Below are positions 20,200 through 30,376 of a DNA stretch of 64,000 bases, one piece after another. Positions within the stretch are counted from its first letter, which is position 1, and each line of letters begins with the position of its first letter. The translations under genes and the position numbers were made by a program. The DNA comes from an uncultured Verrucomicrobiae bacterium (GTDB taxonomy: Bacteria; Verrucomicrobiota; Verrucomicrobiia; Verrucomicrobiales; Akkermansiaceae): positions 257 through 64,256 of the forward strand of contig CAWENZ010000052.1 of assembly GCA_963810445.1 (NCBI GenBank), read 5' to 3'. The notes below the pieces were generated by a model. That model saw only the letters and a list, made by a program, of their open reading frames with translations, did no database searches and had not been told where the DNA came from.

Positions 20200-20680
20200 T
20201 TCATAAGGGTGTGGGAAAAAGCCGGCTGGGCGGGAGCAAAATAGGGACAGCTCCAGCAGTGCCGAATGCACTTCAGCAGGGCGAATGCCTTATTGAGGCG
20301 CGAGTTGCAACTTGATTCTTCCTAACATCTAAAATTTGCTAATATTTAAGCAAATTTAATAAAAATTCCTATTTCACGGTCATAAGTGTCTCATTTTTAA
20401 AGTGAAACAGCATCGAATCTGGAGCATTGGGCCGAAGAATGATTTAACCGGGGAAATTCGGGTTAGGACATAAGAAATTGAGAACCAGCCAGGTTCGGCG
20501 GAATCGGAACAGAAAATCGGATCATCAAATTTTTTCCGCCCGATCACCCGGAAGTGGGAAATACGGAAAAGCCAAGTAATCCAAAGGAATGATGCCGGAC
20601 ACCCCGGAAGCCTCGGTGAATTCCACCCCGAGAAACGCGCTTGCCCCCGGGCGGCGGGACATAGAGCCTGTCGCCCCGAC

Positions 20681-22495
20681 GTGCATCGCTACCTTCCCTA
20701 TTTCAAATACTTGCGGGCGGTCCGCTGGCAGTTCGCGATCGGCGTGCTGGCGGGGTTGCTCTATGCGCTGGCCAGCGGTCTCGGAATGCCCCTGATGGTG
20801 GACGTGGTGTTTCCGGTGCTTTTCAAGACCACCGGGAAGGGTGGCGGGAGCCAATGGTATTCGGCATGGATGACCGACATGCTGGGGACGGTTTCCGACG
20901 AGCGCCTGCTTTTCCTGACCTGCATGTGGATTCCGCTGATCTTCCTGATCCGGGCGGCTGCTTCCTACGCGAATTCCTACCTGATCCAATACGCGGGCCA
21001 GCGCGTGCTCGAGGACATCCGGCTCGACCTTTTCGTGAAACTGCAGGGACTTCCGCTGTCGTTCTTCAAGAAGAACAAGTCCGGAGATTTGTTAGCCCGC
21101 CTGATGAGTGACACGGCGGTGCTCCGGCAGATCGTCGCGAACGTATCGAGCGACCTGATCAAGCAACCCGCGACCTTGTTGGGAGCCTTGGCCTACCTGG
21201 CCTACAAGTCGTGGAAGGACCACAGCGTGTTCATCGCCCTGATCGCCATGATCACGGTGCCGGTCTGCGTGCTGGTGATCCGTGCCGCCGGCAAGAAGCT
21301 CGCGAAGCGGGCAAAGGCATTGCAGGATCAGGGGGGCACCATGACAGCGGCCTTGGCCGAAACGCTGCAGGCTCCGCTGGAAATCCGCGCCTACAACCTC
21401 GAGCAGCGGCAGATCAAGGTATTCAGGAAGCGGACCAACGACATGCTGAGGGTGAGCATGAAGGTGGTGAAATACCGACAGGCGATCTCCCCTGCGATCG
21501 AGCTGGTCGCCGCATCGGGATTCGCGGTGGCACTCTATCTGGGAGTGAGCGCGGGCATGTCGCAATCGAGTTTCATGGCGCTCGGGACGGCGCTCTTCAT
21601 GTCCTACGAGCCGATCAAGAAACTGGGCATGGTCCATTCCCTATTCAAACAGGGCGACGCGGCGATCGAACGCATCGATTTCATTTCAAAGGAGCCGGAC
21701 TCCCTTCCCGATCCCGAGGTGGCGATCCCGCTCGTCGCACCTCATGAGGCGATCCGTTTTGAAAACCTGTCGTTCGCCTACAACGAGGAACCGGTCCTGA
21801 AGAATATCGACCTGCGCATCCCGATCGGCCAGGTGGTCGCGCTGGTCGGTCCCAGCGGTGCCGGCAAATCGACCTTCGCCCATCTCATCCCGCGATTTTA
21901 CGATCCTCAATCGGGTGGAATCACCTTTGATGGAACGGACATCCGCAAGTTCACGAAGAAGGATTTGAGAAACTCCATCGCGGTGGTGCCGCAGACGCCT
22001 TCGCTGTTTCTGGGATCCATCGCGGAGAACATCCGGATCGGTCGGGAAAATGCCACGGACGACGAGGTCCGGGAAGCGGCCCGCCGCGCCCATGCGCATG
22101 AGTTCATTTGCAGTTTGAACGGCGGAAAGGGCTACAATACGGAAGTGGGCGAGCGCGGCGACCTTCTATCAGGTGGCCAGCGCCAGCGCATCGCTATCGC
22201 ACGGGCGTTCCTGAAGGATGCTCCGATCCTCATCCTCGACGAGGCGACCAGCGCGCTGGATTCCGAAAGCGAGGCAATGGTCCAGCAGGCGCTCGCGGCG
22301 CTCGTCAAGGGCCGCACGACCTTCATCATCGCCCACCGCTACAGCACGATCACCATTGCTGATAGAATTCTCGTTTTCCAGGATGGCAGGATCATCGCGG
22401 ACGGAAATCACGAGACCCTGCGGGAATCGGACCCGACCTATCAGTCAATGATTGGCAGCCAGTTCCTGGGAGCCGGTGTCGGAAGCGTCGGCTGA
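20681..22495 (+). CDS. MsbA-like ABC exporter (fused TMD-NBD)
   Basis: GPSGAGKST, LSGGQRQR, ILDEATSALD, IAHR. Confidence 0.92.
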   Translation: MHRYLPYFKYLRAVRWQFAIGVLAGLLYALASGLGMPLMVDVVFPVLFKTTGKGGGSQWYSAWMTDMLGTVSDERLLFLTCMWIPLIFLIRAAASYANSYLIQYAGQRVLEDIRLDLFVKLQGLPLSFFKKNKSGDLLARLMSDTAVLRQIVANVSSDLIKQPATLLGALAYLAYKSWKDHSVFIALIAMITVPVCVLVIRAAGKKLAKRAKALQDQGGTMTAALAETLQAPLEIRAYNLEQRQIKVFRKRTNDMLRVSMKVVKYRQAISPAIELVAASGFAVALYLGVSAGMSQSSFMALGTALFMSYEPIKKLGMVHSLFKQGDAAIERIDFISKEPDSLPDPEVAIPLVAPHEAIRFENLSFAYNEEPVLKNIDLRIPIGQVVALVGPSGAGKSTFAHLIPRFYDPQSGGITFDGTDIRKFTKKDLRNSIAVVPQTPSLFLGSIAENIRIGRENATDDEVREAARRAHAHEFICSLNGGKGYNTEVGERGDLLSGGQRQRIAIARAFLKDAPILILDEATSALDSESEAMVQQALAALVKGRTTFIIAHRYSTITIADRILVFQDGRIIADGNHETLRESDPTYQSMIGSQFLGAGVGSVG

Positions 22496-24211
22496 TAGAA
22501 ATGACTTCCGGCAGAGCTCGGCGTATTTCCCGCCCTGGGCAAGCAAGGTGGCATGGCTCCCCTGCTCGATGACCTCGCCTTTTTCCAACACATAGATCCG
22601 GTCCGCGTTCTGGATGGTGGAAAGCCGGTGGGCGATGACGAAGGCGGTGCGGTTTTCCATCAGACGGTCGAGCGCGTCCTGGATCTGGCGCTCCGTCTCC
22701 GAATCCACGGATGCGGTCGCCTCGTCCAGCAGGAGGATGGGCGCGTTCTTCAGCAGCGCGCGGGCGATGGAAAGGCGCTGTTTCTCGCCGCCTGACAGCT
22801 TGACGCCGCGTTCCCCGACATTCGTATCGAGTGTTTCGGGAAGGTCGCGGATGAATTGGGCGGCATGGGCGGCTTCCAGCGCGGACCAGAAGTCGGAATC
22901 GGTGGCATCGCGTTTCGCGAGCTGGAGATTCTCCCGGACCGTGCCGTTGAAGAGGAACGGCTCCTGGGTCACGTAGGCGAGGCGGTCCCGGAGAGAGGAT
23001 TTCGCAAGCGTTTCGATGTCCATGCCGTCGATCGTGATTTCCCCGGAGGTTCTTTCGTAAAAGCGGGCCAGCAGGGAAAGGACCGTGGTCTTGCCCGCAC
23101 CGGTGGATCCCACCAGCGCGATGGTCTGACCGGGCAGCGCCTCCAGCGTGACCTGATGAAGCGTCGGTTGTTCCTGATAGGAAAAGGAGACCTTGTCGAA
23201 ACGGACGTGTCCCGAGATTTTCTCCGGAAGCCTGGCACCTTCCAACGCGTTGGGTTCCTCATCGGAATCGAGGATCTCGAACACGCGGTCCGCCGCGGCC
23301 CGGCCTGATAGAACCATCTGGTTGAGCGAGTTCAGCCGGTCGATCGGTTCGTAGAAAAGTGATAGAAACAGGAGAAATTTCGTGAAGTCACCCATGGTCA
23401 ATTCGTCGCGCATGACTGCCGCGCCACCGAATGCGAGGACGAGGACATAGCCCGTCATCCGCAGGAAAGACATCCCCGGCGAGTAGAACGCCCACCATTT
23501 CATCATCCGCAGGGTGGCGATCCGCAGAAGGTCCGAGAAATGGTTGAAGCGGTCGTGTTCGGCGGTTTCCGCGGCGTAGGCCTTGATCTGTCGGACGCCC
23601 GAGATGTTGTCGTGAAGCAACGCGTTCAAATCCGATGCGGCATCGCGCTGGTTCCGGTAACGATCCCTTCCCTTCGTTGAATAGATCCACGCGCCGATCG
23701 CGAGGAAAGGCACCGGCAAGGTCGCCCACGCGGCCACCACCGGATTCAGGAAAAACAGGAACACGCCGATCCCGAGCACCTGCAACGCCGCGACCAACCC
23801 CTGCTCGATGCCGTCGATCAACACCCGCTCCATGTTCGTCACGTCCTCGACGACCCGCGTCATGATGTCTCCGGTCCGCCGGGTATCGAACCATTGGAGC
23901 GGCAATCGCTGGATTTTTTCGTAAAGATCCGACCGGATATCGAAAATCACCTTCTGTTCGAAAATATTGTTGATGAAAATTCTCAGCGAATTCAGGCCGT
24001 CCTTCAGAAAAAATCCCATCAATGCGACGGCAACCCAGAACGTGAATTCGTGATGCCGGTCGGGATTCGGAATGATCTTGTCGATCACGTAACCGGTTGC
24101 ATTTGGGAACACGAACACCGCCAAAGTCATGCCGATGGCGCAGAAAAGCTGGGCAGCAGCCAAGCCGGGATAGAGGCGGAGATAGGAAAAGACGCGGAGG
24201 ATGGACTTCAT
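22445..24211 (-). CDS. ABC exporter (fused TMD-NBD)
   Basis: GSTGAGKTT, LSGGEKQR, LLDEATASVD, IAHRLST. Confidence 0.92.
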   Translation of the reverse strand: MKSILRVFSYLRLYPGLAAAQLFCAIGMTLAVFVFPNATGYVIDKIIPNPDRHHEFTFWVAVALMGFFLKDGLNSLRIFINNIFEQKVIFDIRSDLYEKIQRLPLQWFDTRRTGDIMTRVVEDVTNMERVLIDGIEQGLVAALQVLGIGVFLFFLNPVVAAWATLPVPFLAIGAWIYSTKGRDRYRNQRDAASDLNALLHDNISGVRQIKAYAAETAEHDRFNHFSDLLRIATLRMMKWWAFYSPGMSFLRMTGYVLVLAFGGAAVMRDELTMGDFTKFLLFLSLFYEPIDRLNSLNQMVLSGRAAADRVFEILDSDEEPNALEGARLPEKISGHVRFDKVSFSYQEQPTLHQVTLEALPGQTIALVGSTGAGKTTVLSLLARFYERTSGEITIDGMDIETLAKSSLRDRLAYVTQEPFLFNGTVRENLQLAKRDATDSDFWSALEAAHAAQFIRDLPETLDTNVGERGVKLSGGEKQRLSIARALLKNAPILLLDEATASVDSETERQIQDALDRLMENRTAFVIAHRLSTIQNADRIYVLEKGEVIEQGSHATLLAQGGKYAELCRKSFLSADASDTGSQELAANH

Positions 24212-24363
24212 GGGCGGCGGCACAGCGATGCAGCCGTGTGGGTGCTTTGTAAAGGCAAGGAAACCCTTCAATGAAAAGTCCGTGAAATTTGAGATTGCCG
24301 AGGCCAATCGGACCTTCCTAGTGTCCTCCCAGACACGGAAATCAAAGCTCAATTCAAAACCCC

Positions 24364-25155
24364 ATGGCCAACGTCTTCGGAATCCTCACAGCAATCGTCC
24401 TCGCCGTCTCGGCATTCGTTGCTTTCAAAAACCAGGCAGCTTACGAAAAGGATCTCGCGCAGACGGCAAGTCGGCACGACGAGCTCAGCAAAAGCGAAGC
24501 CCGACTCAAGGCGGACGAGGAAATCCTCACCGCGCTCCCCATCGAACGCGCTGGCGTGGATGCGGAAGTCGATAAGCTTTCCGCCGACGAGGCTGGCCAG
24601 AAGAAGACCAACAGCGACCTCAGCGACAAGAAGGACGAGTTGACCGCCAAGATCGCCGCTTCGAAGGAGCAACTTGATGCGATCCGCGAGAAGACCCAGA
24701 AGTTCGGTGATGTCGGTCAACTCGCCGCCAAGATCCGCGAGGACAATGCCGCCATCGAGGAACTCAAGCAGTCGATCGCCAACGACGAGGCAAAGCTTGC
24801 CAACCTCGAGGCCGAAACCGCCTCCACCGAGTCGCAGATCGCCGGAGCCAAGAGCAAGTTTGAGGATTTCGCCGCAGGACGCTCGCTGCCGACCTTGAAC
24901 ACCCGCATCCGCTCGATCTATCCAAACTGGGGATTTGTGACACTCGCTGCCGGAAACAACGCCGGAGTCGTCACCAACTCGACACTCAATGTCGTCAGGA
25001 ACGACCAGGTGATCGCCAAGCTTCTGGTGACCGCGGTCGAGAGCGGCACGGCCTCCGCCAGCATTGTTCCTGACTCGCTTGCCGACGACACCACCCTGAT
25101 GGTGGGAGATCGCGTGGTGCCAGGTTTGAAAGAAACCAAAGCCGCCGCAAACTGA
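24364..25155 (+). CDS. Membrane-anchored coiled-coil protein with C-terminal beta domain
   Basis: N-terminal TM, long heptad-rich segment, NWGFVTLAAG...GDRV. Confidence 0.85.
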   Translation: MANVFGILTAIVLAVSAFVAFKNQAAYEKDLAQTASRHDELSKSEARLKADEEILTALPIERAGVDAEVDKLSADEAGQKKTNSDLSDKKDELTAKIAASKEQLDAIREKTQKFGDVGQLAAKIREDNAAIEELKQSIANDEAKLANLEAETASTESQIAGAKSKFEDFAAGRSLPTLNTRIRSIYPNWGFVTLAAGNNAGVVTNSTLNVVRNDQVIAKLLVTAVESGTASASIVPDSLADDTTLMVGDRVVPGLKETKAAAN

Positions 25156-25194
25156 GACCTGTCGTCACCTAGCAAAACCCCTCAAGGATATTTC

Positions 25195-26004
25195 ATGAAA
25201 GCCATTTTTTACGCAGTCGCCATTCTCGCCACCGGCGGGGCCGCGTTTTTCTCCTACAATCTCTCGGTCAAGTTCGAGGCACTTGAAAAGGACCGCGTCG
25301 CCACGATTGCGACCAACAAGGATGTCTCCTCCCAAGCGGACGTCGCCGAGAAGAAGATCCAGGAAGAGAGAACTCTCCTCGCCGCCTCGAAAGAGCGCCG
25401 CGAGCTGCTGACCCAGAGTGTCAATCAACTCCAGTCCGCGGAGCTGGGTCTCAAGAGCGAGATTGCGAAACTTGAATCCAGCATCAAGGAGCAGGAAGTC
25501 GAGTTCGCCCAGCTTCAGAAGACCTTGGAAGAACTCAACAAGGCCCTCGAAGCGGTGGGTGGCGGAGTGACCTTGGACAACATCTCCGAGAAAATCGAGG
25601 AAGTGAAGAAGGACCGGGAAACCAAGCAAACCAGGTTCGACGAGCTTGAAACGCTGATCGCCGCCGCCGAGAAAAACCTCGCGACGAAGCGCGCGGAGCT
25701 CGATCGCCTCGTCAAGCGCATGATGGAACGCAGCGCCCGGATCGGCAAAAACTCACTTCAGGCCGTGGTCACCGCCGTGAATCAGGACTGGGGCTTCCTC
25801 GTCATCGGTGCCGGATCCAACTCAGGCTTCACCCCACAAACCTATCTGATCGTCCAACGTGACGGCCGCAAGATCGGACGTGTTCGTCCTTCCGCCATCG
25901 AGCCGACACAAACGATCGCCGAGATCGACTTCGAAAGCCTTGCTCCCGGAGTTCGCATGCAGCCCGGTGACCGAGTGATCCTCGCAAGCCCGACGACCAA
26001 CTGA
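25195..26004 (+). CDS. Paralogous membrane-anchored coiled-coil protein
   Basis: Same architecture; DWGFLVIGAG...GDRV. Confidence 0.85.
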   Translation: MKAIFYAVAILATGGAAFFSYNLSVKFEALEKDRVATIATNKDVSSQADVAEKKIQEERTLLAASKERRELLTQSVNQLQSAELGLKSEIAKLESSIKEQEVEFAQLQKTLEELNKALEAVGGGVTLDNISEKIEEVKKDRETKQTRFDELETLIAAAEKNLATKRAELDRLVKRMMERSARIGKNSLQAVVTAVNQDWGFLVIGAGSNSGFTPQTYLIVQRDGRKIGRVRPSAIEPTQTIAEIDFESLAPGVRMQPGDRVILASPTTN

Positions 26005-26071
26005 TCCAAGGTATTTTTCCCCACAAGCTCCGCAGGCTTGCAAGCCGCGGAGCTTGTTTTATGTTCGGCCC

Positions 26072-26260
26072 ATGAGACGAAACGTTTCCCTTTCCCTTTT
26101 GGCACTTGTCGCTGCATTCGGCTTCACCTCCTGCATGGACGATGTGGAGAAAAAGCCGGTGGGACCTGTTTCGGAGACCAGCAAGATTCCCTGGAACACC
26201 GGTACCGTTCAAGGAGCCGGCCAGTTGGGCCAGATGCCCCAGAACCAGTATCGCCGCTGA
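26072..26260 (+). CDS. Small lipoprotein
   Basis: Lipobox FTSC; SKIPWN motif. Confidence 0.65.
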   Translation: MRRNVSLSLLALVAAFGFTSCMDDVEKKPVGPVSETSKIPWNTGTVQGAGQLGQMPQNQYRR

Positions 26261-26273
26261 GGATCGCGCCGCG

Positions 26274-26717
26274 TCAGTCGCGGTGATAGGGGGAGCCCGA
26301 TTTCAGGGAAGCCACCCGATAGAGCTGTTCCAGCAGGACGAGCAGGGCCAATTCATGCTGGAGCGTGAGCGGGGAAAGCGTCAGCACCAGATCACACCGG
26401 TCGCGCAGTTCCTCCGTGTGCCCGTCCGAGGCACCGATGAGGAATGCCACGGTCTTGACGTCACCGCGCATTTCCAGCGCTTCCAGCCGTTCCGCGAATT
26501 TCCGGGTCGTCAGGCTCTCGCCCCTTTCGTCGAGCGCAACGCGGAAGCAACCCTGCGAACGATCTAACAACCTGTTGGAAACCTCCTCGCGGTTGCCCGC
26601 CTTGATGATCACCAGCTCGTGTCCGCCGCCGCGCGAGAGGCGCTTCAGGTATTCCTCCACCCCTGCCTTGGCGTAGGCGAGGGCGGGCTTTCCGGCGACA
26701 ATCAATCGGATCTGCAT
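26274..26717 (-). CDS. rlmH: 23S rRNA m3Psi1915 methyltransferase
   Basis: EYLKRL, LDERG, FLIGASDG, LTLQHEL, EQLYR, PYHR. Confidence 0.93.
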   Translation of the reverse strand: MQIRLIVAGKPALAYAKAGVEEYLKRLSRGGGHELVIIKAGNREEVSNRLLDRSQGCFRVALDERGESLTTRKFAERLEALEMRGDVKTVAFLIGASDGHTEELRDRCDLVLTLSPLTLQHELALLVLLEQLYRVASLKSGSPYHRD

Positions 26718-26770
26718 GAGCTGCTTCGAAGCTTGCCGGACCGGAGCGTCCAAGCCAACGTCAAACCACC

Positions 26771-27079
26771 ATGAAACCGCTTACCTTGCCAATCATCCTG
26801 GCATTCGCATCCTGTGCCAAAGCGCCCGGACCCATCACTCCCGAGACTCCCGTGGAACGCCAGATGCTGGGTCTTTTGCAGAAATTCGACCTGTGGGACG
26901 AGAACGGCGACGGCTATCTCACCGCGGCGGAACTCAGGAAAGCCGGACCGATCACCGGGTATCCACCGGAGAAGATCATCGCCTTCTATGACAAGGACGC
27001 GGACAACCGTATTTCCCTGAAAGAGGCACAGGAAGGCTTGTCACGGTCGGGAGAAGCCGAACATGCGGCACACCGTTAG
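26771..27079 (+). CDS. EF-hand lipoprotein
   Basis: Lipobox FASC; DENGDGYLTAAE and DKDADNRISLKE EF-hand loops. Confidence 0.8.
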   Translation: MKPLTLPIILAFASCAKAPGPITPETPVERQMLGLLQKFDLWDENGDGYLTAAELRKAGPITGYPPEKIIAFYDKDADNRISLKEAQEGLSRSGEAEHAAHR

Positions 27080-27118
27080 ATGTTGCATTCCGGCCGTGCC
27101 GGACGAACCAAGCGCCAG

Positions 27119-27856
27119 ATGAGCGATATCTACGAATCCACCAGGATCCTCTCCGAGTATCTCCTGTTCCATTTTGGAAGTGCCGGTGAAATTCTGCCGC
27201 AGGATCGTGAGTGGCCGGCCGGGATGAGGGATGCCCTGGACTTCCCGGTTAGAACGACCGGACACTTTTCCAAACACCCCGTCGCCCGTGGACTGGATCT
27301 CGGCTGCGCGGTCGGAAGATCGGCTTTCGAAATGGCGCGATCCTGCAAGGAGGTGATTGGCATCGATTTCTCAAGCGCCTTCATCACCGCCGCGGAATCC
27401 ATGAGGAAGGGAATGAAAATCCCCTACGATCGATGTGAAGAGGCCGGCATGAGCACGCGGCTCGAGGCGACTTTTCCCAACGACATCGAAGCGGACGGGA
27501 TCGTCTTCGAGCAAGGCGACGCGATGAACCTGCGCGAGGATCTGGGTATCTTTGACCGGGTCCATGCCGCGAACCTGCTGTGCCGCCTCACCGAGCCGGA
27601 AAGACTGCTGGAGAAGATACCGTCGTTGGTGGCAGCGGGTGGAGAGCTGGTCCTGGCGACGCCTTGCACCTGGCTGGAGGAATTCACCCCCCGCGCGAAT
27701 TGGCCGGTTGGTGGAACCTTCGAATGGTTGAAATCCAAGCTCGCTCCCGACTTCGATCTGGTGAGACAAGCAGACGAACCTTTCCTGATTCGCGAGACGG
27801 CGAGAAAGTTCCAGTGGACGACCTCGCTGGTCACGGTCTGGCGACGGAAATCATGA
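27119..27856 (+). CDS. Class I SAM methyltransferase resembling the OvoA C-terminal (mercaptohistidine N-methyltransferase-like) domain
   Basis: YE...SEYLLFHFG, LDLGCAVGRSAFE, GIDFS, FEQGDA, NLLCRL, PFLIRETARKFQW. Confidence 0.75.
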   Translation: MSDIYESTRILSEYLLFHFGSAGEILPQDREWPAGMRDALDFPVRTTGHFSKHPVARGLDLGCAVGRSAFEMARSCKEVIGIDFSSAFITAAESMRKGMKIPYDRCEEAGMSTRLEATFPNDIEADGIVFEQGDAMNLREDLGIFDRVHAANLLCRLTEPERLLEKIPSLVAAGGELVLATPCTWLEEFTPRANWPVGGTFEWLKSKLAPDFDLVRQADEPFLIRETARKFQWTTSLVTVWRRKS

Positions 27857-28531
27857 TGGCATCAACCATGACCGCTTGGCTGGAGTGATGTGGGGCGGTT
27901 TCAGATAGATCGGTTGCGGCGCGGCCGATGACCAGGCTTCCCGGGAATTGGCATCCGCCGCGCACCAGGCTTCCCAGAGGCCCTTCGAATCGGGGAACTC
28001 CAGCCGGATTTGATCGCGGATCTCATTTGGCAAAGGAAAGCGGTCGGGGTCCTCGAACGAAAAAATCGCGATTTGTCCGGCAATGGCGTTCTGAAGGATT
28101 TCCAGCAGGCTTTCCGCATCGGACAGCTCGGGCTCGGAAACCAACCGCAATCCGTCAATTTCCGCCGTCCAGAAACTTCCGCGCCGCGCATCGCCGATGG
28201 CAAGGCAACGCGCTCCCCCGCGTGCGCTCGGAACGGCGAGAATGGATGGCAAGGCGACCGCGGGACAACCGCTCGCGATGGCCACACCCTGGGCCGCCGC
28301 GATCCCAACCCTGGTACCGCTGTAGCTGCCGGGTCCGCTGCCGACCAGGACAAGCCCGATTTCCTCTGCCTCACGGGCGTCGAGAAGCTCCTTGAGCGGT
28401 GAAAACAGCACCGCGTTGTGGCTGCGGTCGCTGGTGAACTCGCGATGACTCATCCGGCCATCTGGCTCAATGGTCGAAATGGATGCCTTAGGAGTTGAGG
28501 TTTCAAGGACGAGGGCGAACGTGTCCGGCAT
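27851..28531 (-). CDS. tsaB: tRNA threonylcarbamoyladenosine biosynthesis protein TsaB
   Basis: LETST, GSGPGSYSGTRVG, DARRG, PIYL. Confidence 0.9.
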   Translation of the reverse strand: MPDTFALVLETSTPKASISTIEPDGRMSHREFTSDRSHNAVLFSPLKELLDAREAEEIGLVLVGSGPGSYSGTRVGIAAAQGVAIASGCPAVALPSILAVPSARGGARCLAIGDARRGSFWTAEIDGLRLVSEPELSDAESLLEILQNAIAGQIAIFSFEDPDRFPLPNEIRDQIRLEFPDSKGLWEAWCAADANSREAWSSAAPQPIYLKPPHITPAKRSWLMPS

Positions 28532-28697
28532 GGACGAAGGATTATCAGCCCTGCGGGAAGTCCGCCAGCCCGGTTTGCGGATGGTGCGGACTTGCGCTTC
28601 GCTCTTGCTTACGAGGCCGGGAACCGCTTTGTTCCCGCCCGGTGGCCGTGAGTCGCGCGCCGAAACGGACCCAACTCGAAATTTGTAAAAGCCCTTC

Positions 28698-29030
28698 ATG
28701 GTGACCTCGGAAATCAGATCCTCAGCCCTCGTCTGCGTGACCATGGCCATGTTTTCCTGTGCCCCCCAAAAGGCGACGCCCATCGCGGAGGCCCCGGCGC
28801 CGAAAAAGGAGGAAAAGCTTCCCGAACCGGTCATTGAGGAACCCATCGAAACAGGCCCTCTGGACAGCGAGATCCGCATTCCACCGATGCTCACCATGCC
28901 GAATGATAGCGATTTCCGCCCCAGCAATCCGATCCTGCCAAAACTTGGATCCGGAAGCGGCGGCGTGATCGTGAGACCGCCAACCGACCCTCCATCCAGG
29001 ATAAAGCCGGAGTCAAAGCCTGAGGAGTGA
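28698..29030 (+). CDS. Pro-rich putative lipoprotein
   Basis: MFSC lipobox-like motif, Pro/Glu-rich linker. Confidence 0.55.
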   Translation: MVTSEIRSSALVCVTMAMFSCAPQKATPIAEAPAPKKEEKLPEPVIEEPIETGPLDSEIRIPPMLTMPNDSDFRPSNPILPKLGSGSGGVIVRPPTDPPSRIKPESKPEE

Positions 29031-29488
29031 TCAACGCTGGTTGAAGCGGGACATCTCGCGGGCCGCCTCACGCAACTCGACCTTTTCCTTGAGGTCATGG
29101 CGCTGGTCGGCGTGCGTTTTCCCTTTCCGACGCCGATCTCGACCTTCACGCGGCGGTCTTTCCAATAGATCCGCAACAGGGGCAAGGTGCAGCCCTTGAC
29201 GGCGGTGGCCACGGAGAGCTTCAGAATCTCCCGCTTGTTGAGCAACAGGCGCCGGGGCCGCTTGGCGGTGTGGTTGAACCAGTCCCCGGCGGTTTGCCAG
29301 GGCTGGATGTCACATCCGTAAAGGAAAACCTGATTGTTCTCCACCCGGGCGAATGCATCCGAAACATTGATTTTTCCGGCACGGATCGACTTGACCTCCG
29401 TGCCCTTGAGCTCCAGCCCCGCCTCGTATTTCTCCAGGATGTGGAAATCACGCCCGGCCTTCCGGTTGGTGGCGATTTCCGCACTCAT
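29031..29488 (-). CDS. smpB: SsrA-binding protein (frameshift near 29120)
   Basis: NRKA, EAGLELKGTEVKSIR, RRLLLNKREI, GKGK; shifted frame ends DQRHDLKEKVELRE...RFNQR-stop. Confidence 0.93.
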
Positions 29489-29519
29489 GATGGGGCTTCC
29501 TGATGAAGCGCGATGCCGC

Positions 29520-29723
29520 TCAGGGGGCGTCGCGATGGATGAGCTTGATCTTGCCCTCGATGATTTCCTGAAGGGCGATGTCCGCCACTCCCATGCTCGG
29601 ACGGGTGGCAATCAAGGGTGAACGGCCGCTGTTCAATTGTCTGACGCGCTGGGATACCAGATTGACCAATACAAGGGGGTCGGTGACAATTTCAGAGGCC
29701 TTATCAAGAAGATCGCTTTTCAT
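29520..29723 (-). CDS. rpoZ: RNA polymerase omega subunit
   Basis: LVNLVSQRVRQL, IALQEIIEGKI. Confidence 0.8.
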   Translation of the reverse strand: MKSDLLDKASEIVTDPLVLVNLVSQRVRQLNSGRSPLIATRPSMGVADIALQEIIEGKIKLIHRDAP

Positions 29724-29931
29724 AGGAGAACCGGGAAATCGCGAATCCGATCGTGCCTGCTCAAACGGGATGACGTTTTTGGGGAGCAGAGGCTGATCTT
29801 TTTCGCTCAAAACAGATGGATGGAACAAATTTTCCGGATTTGACGCCGGGCCGATGGTCAAACCACAGGATGGACGGGCTGACAAGCCTTATCTGCTTGT
29901 TTTCAAAGGATTTTTCAAGGTGCGGAAAGGG

Positions 29932-30328
29932 TCATTTCGGCATCAGATCGATACCGAACCGGCGCAGGACGATCACGGTGAGCCAGAAAAGCGCGATGGT
30001 GATGATGCAGTTCACCGCCAGCGCCGCCCAGAAGGTCCAGCCGTTTCTCAGCATCCAGGGGAAAATGAGGAACATTGGCAGGGTCGGAAGAACGAACCAG
30101 AACGTCCCCTCCGCATGATTCGCAAGCCGCTCCTTCGATTGGCCGCCCGCATGCATCCAGATCATCGCCAGAAGTGAGGTGAAGGGCAGCGCGATCAGGA
30201 GGGCGGAAAGCCGGTCGTTGAACGAGCTGGACCTTGTTGACCAGCAGGATGATCACCGCCGTGATCACGAGCTTTCCAACATCAAGGGGAGTGAAGGTGA
30301 GGATCTTGTCCCAGGGAAGTTTGGTCAT
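29932..30328 (-). CDS. Small membrane protein (DUF3147-like; frameshift near 30225)
   Basis: KLVITAVII ... ALPFTSLLAMIW ... TFWFVLPTLPMFL. Confidence 0.65.
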
Positions 30329-30376
30329 GAGGAAGCGGGCTTGCGATGCGCGGAAGCCTATGGATATCCTGCGAGC

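Noticed and set aside
27851-29611. Apparent 586-aa SmpB-TsaB fusion
   Set aside because: A frameshift near 29120 reads through the antisense of a lipoprotein gene; smpB has its own C-terminus and stop at 29031 in the other frame.
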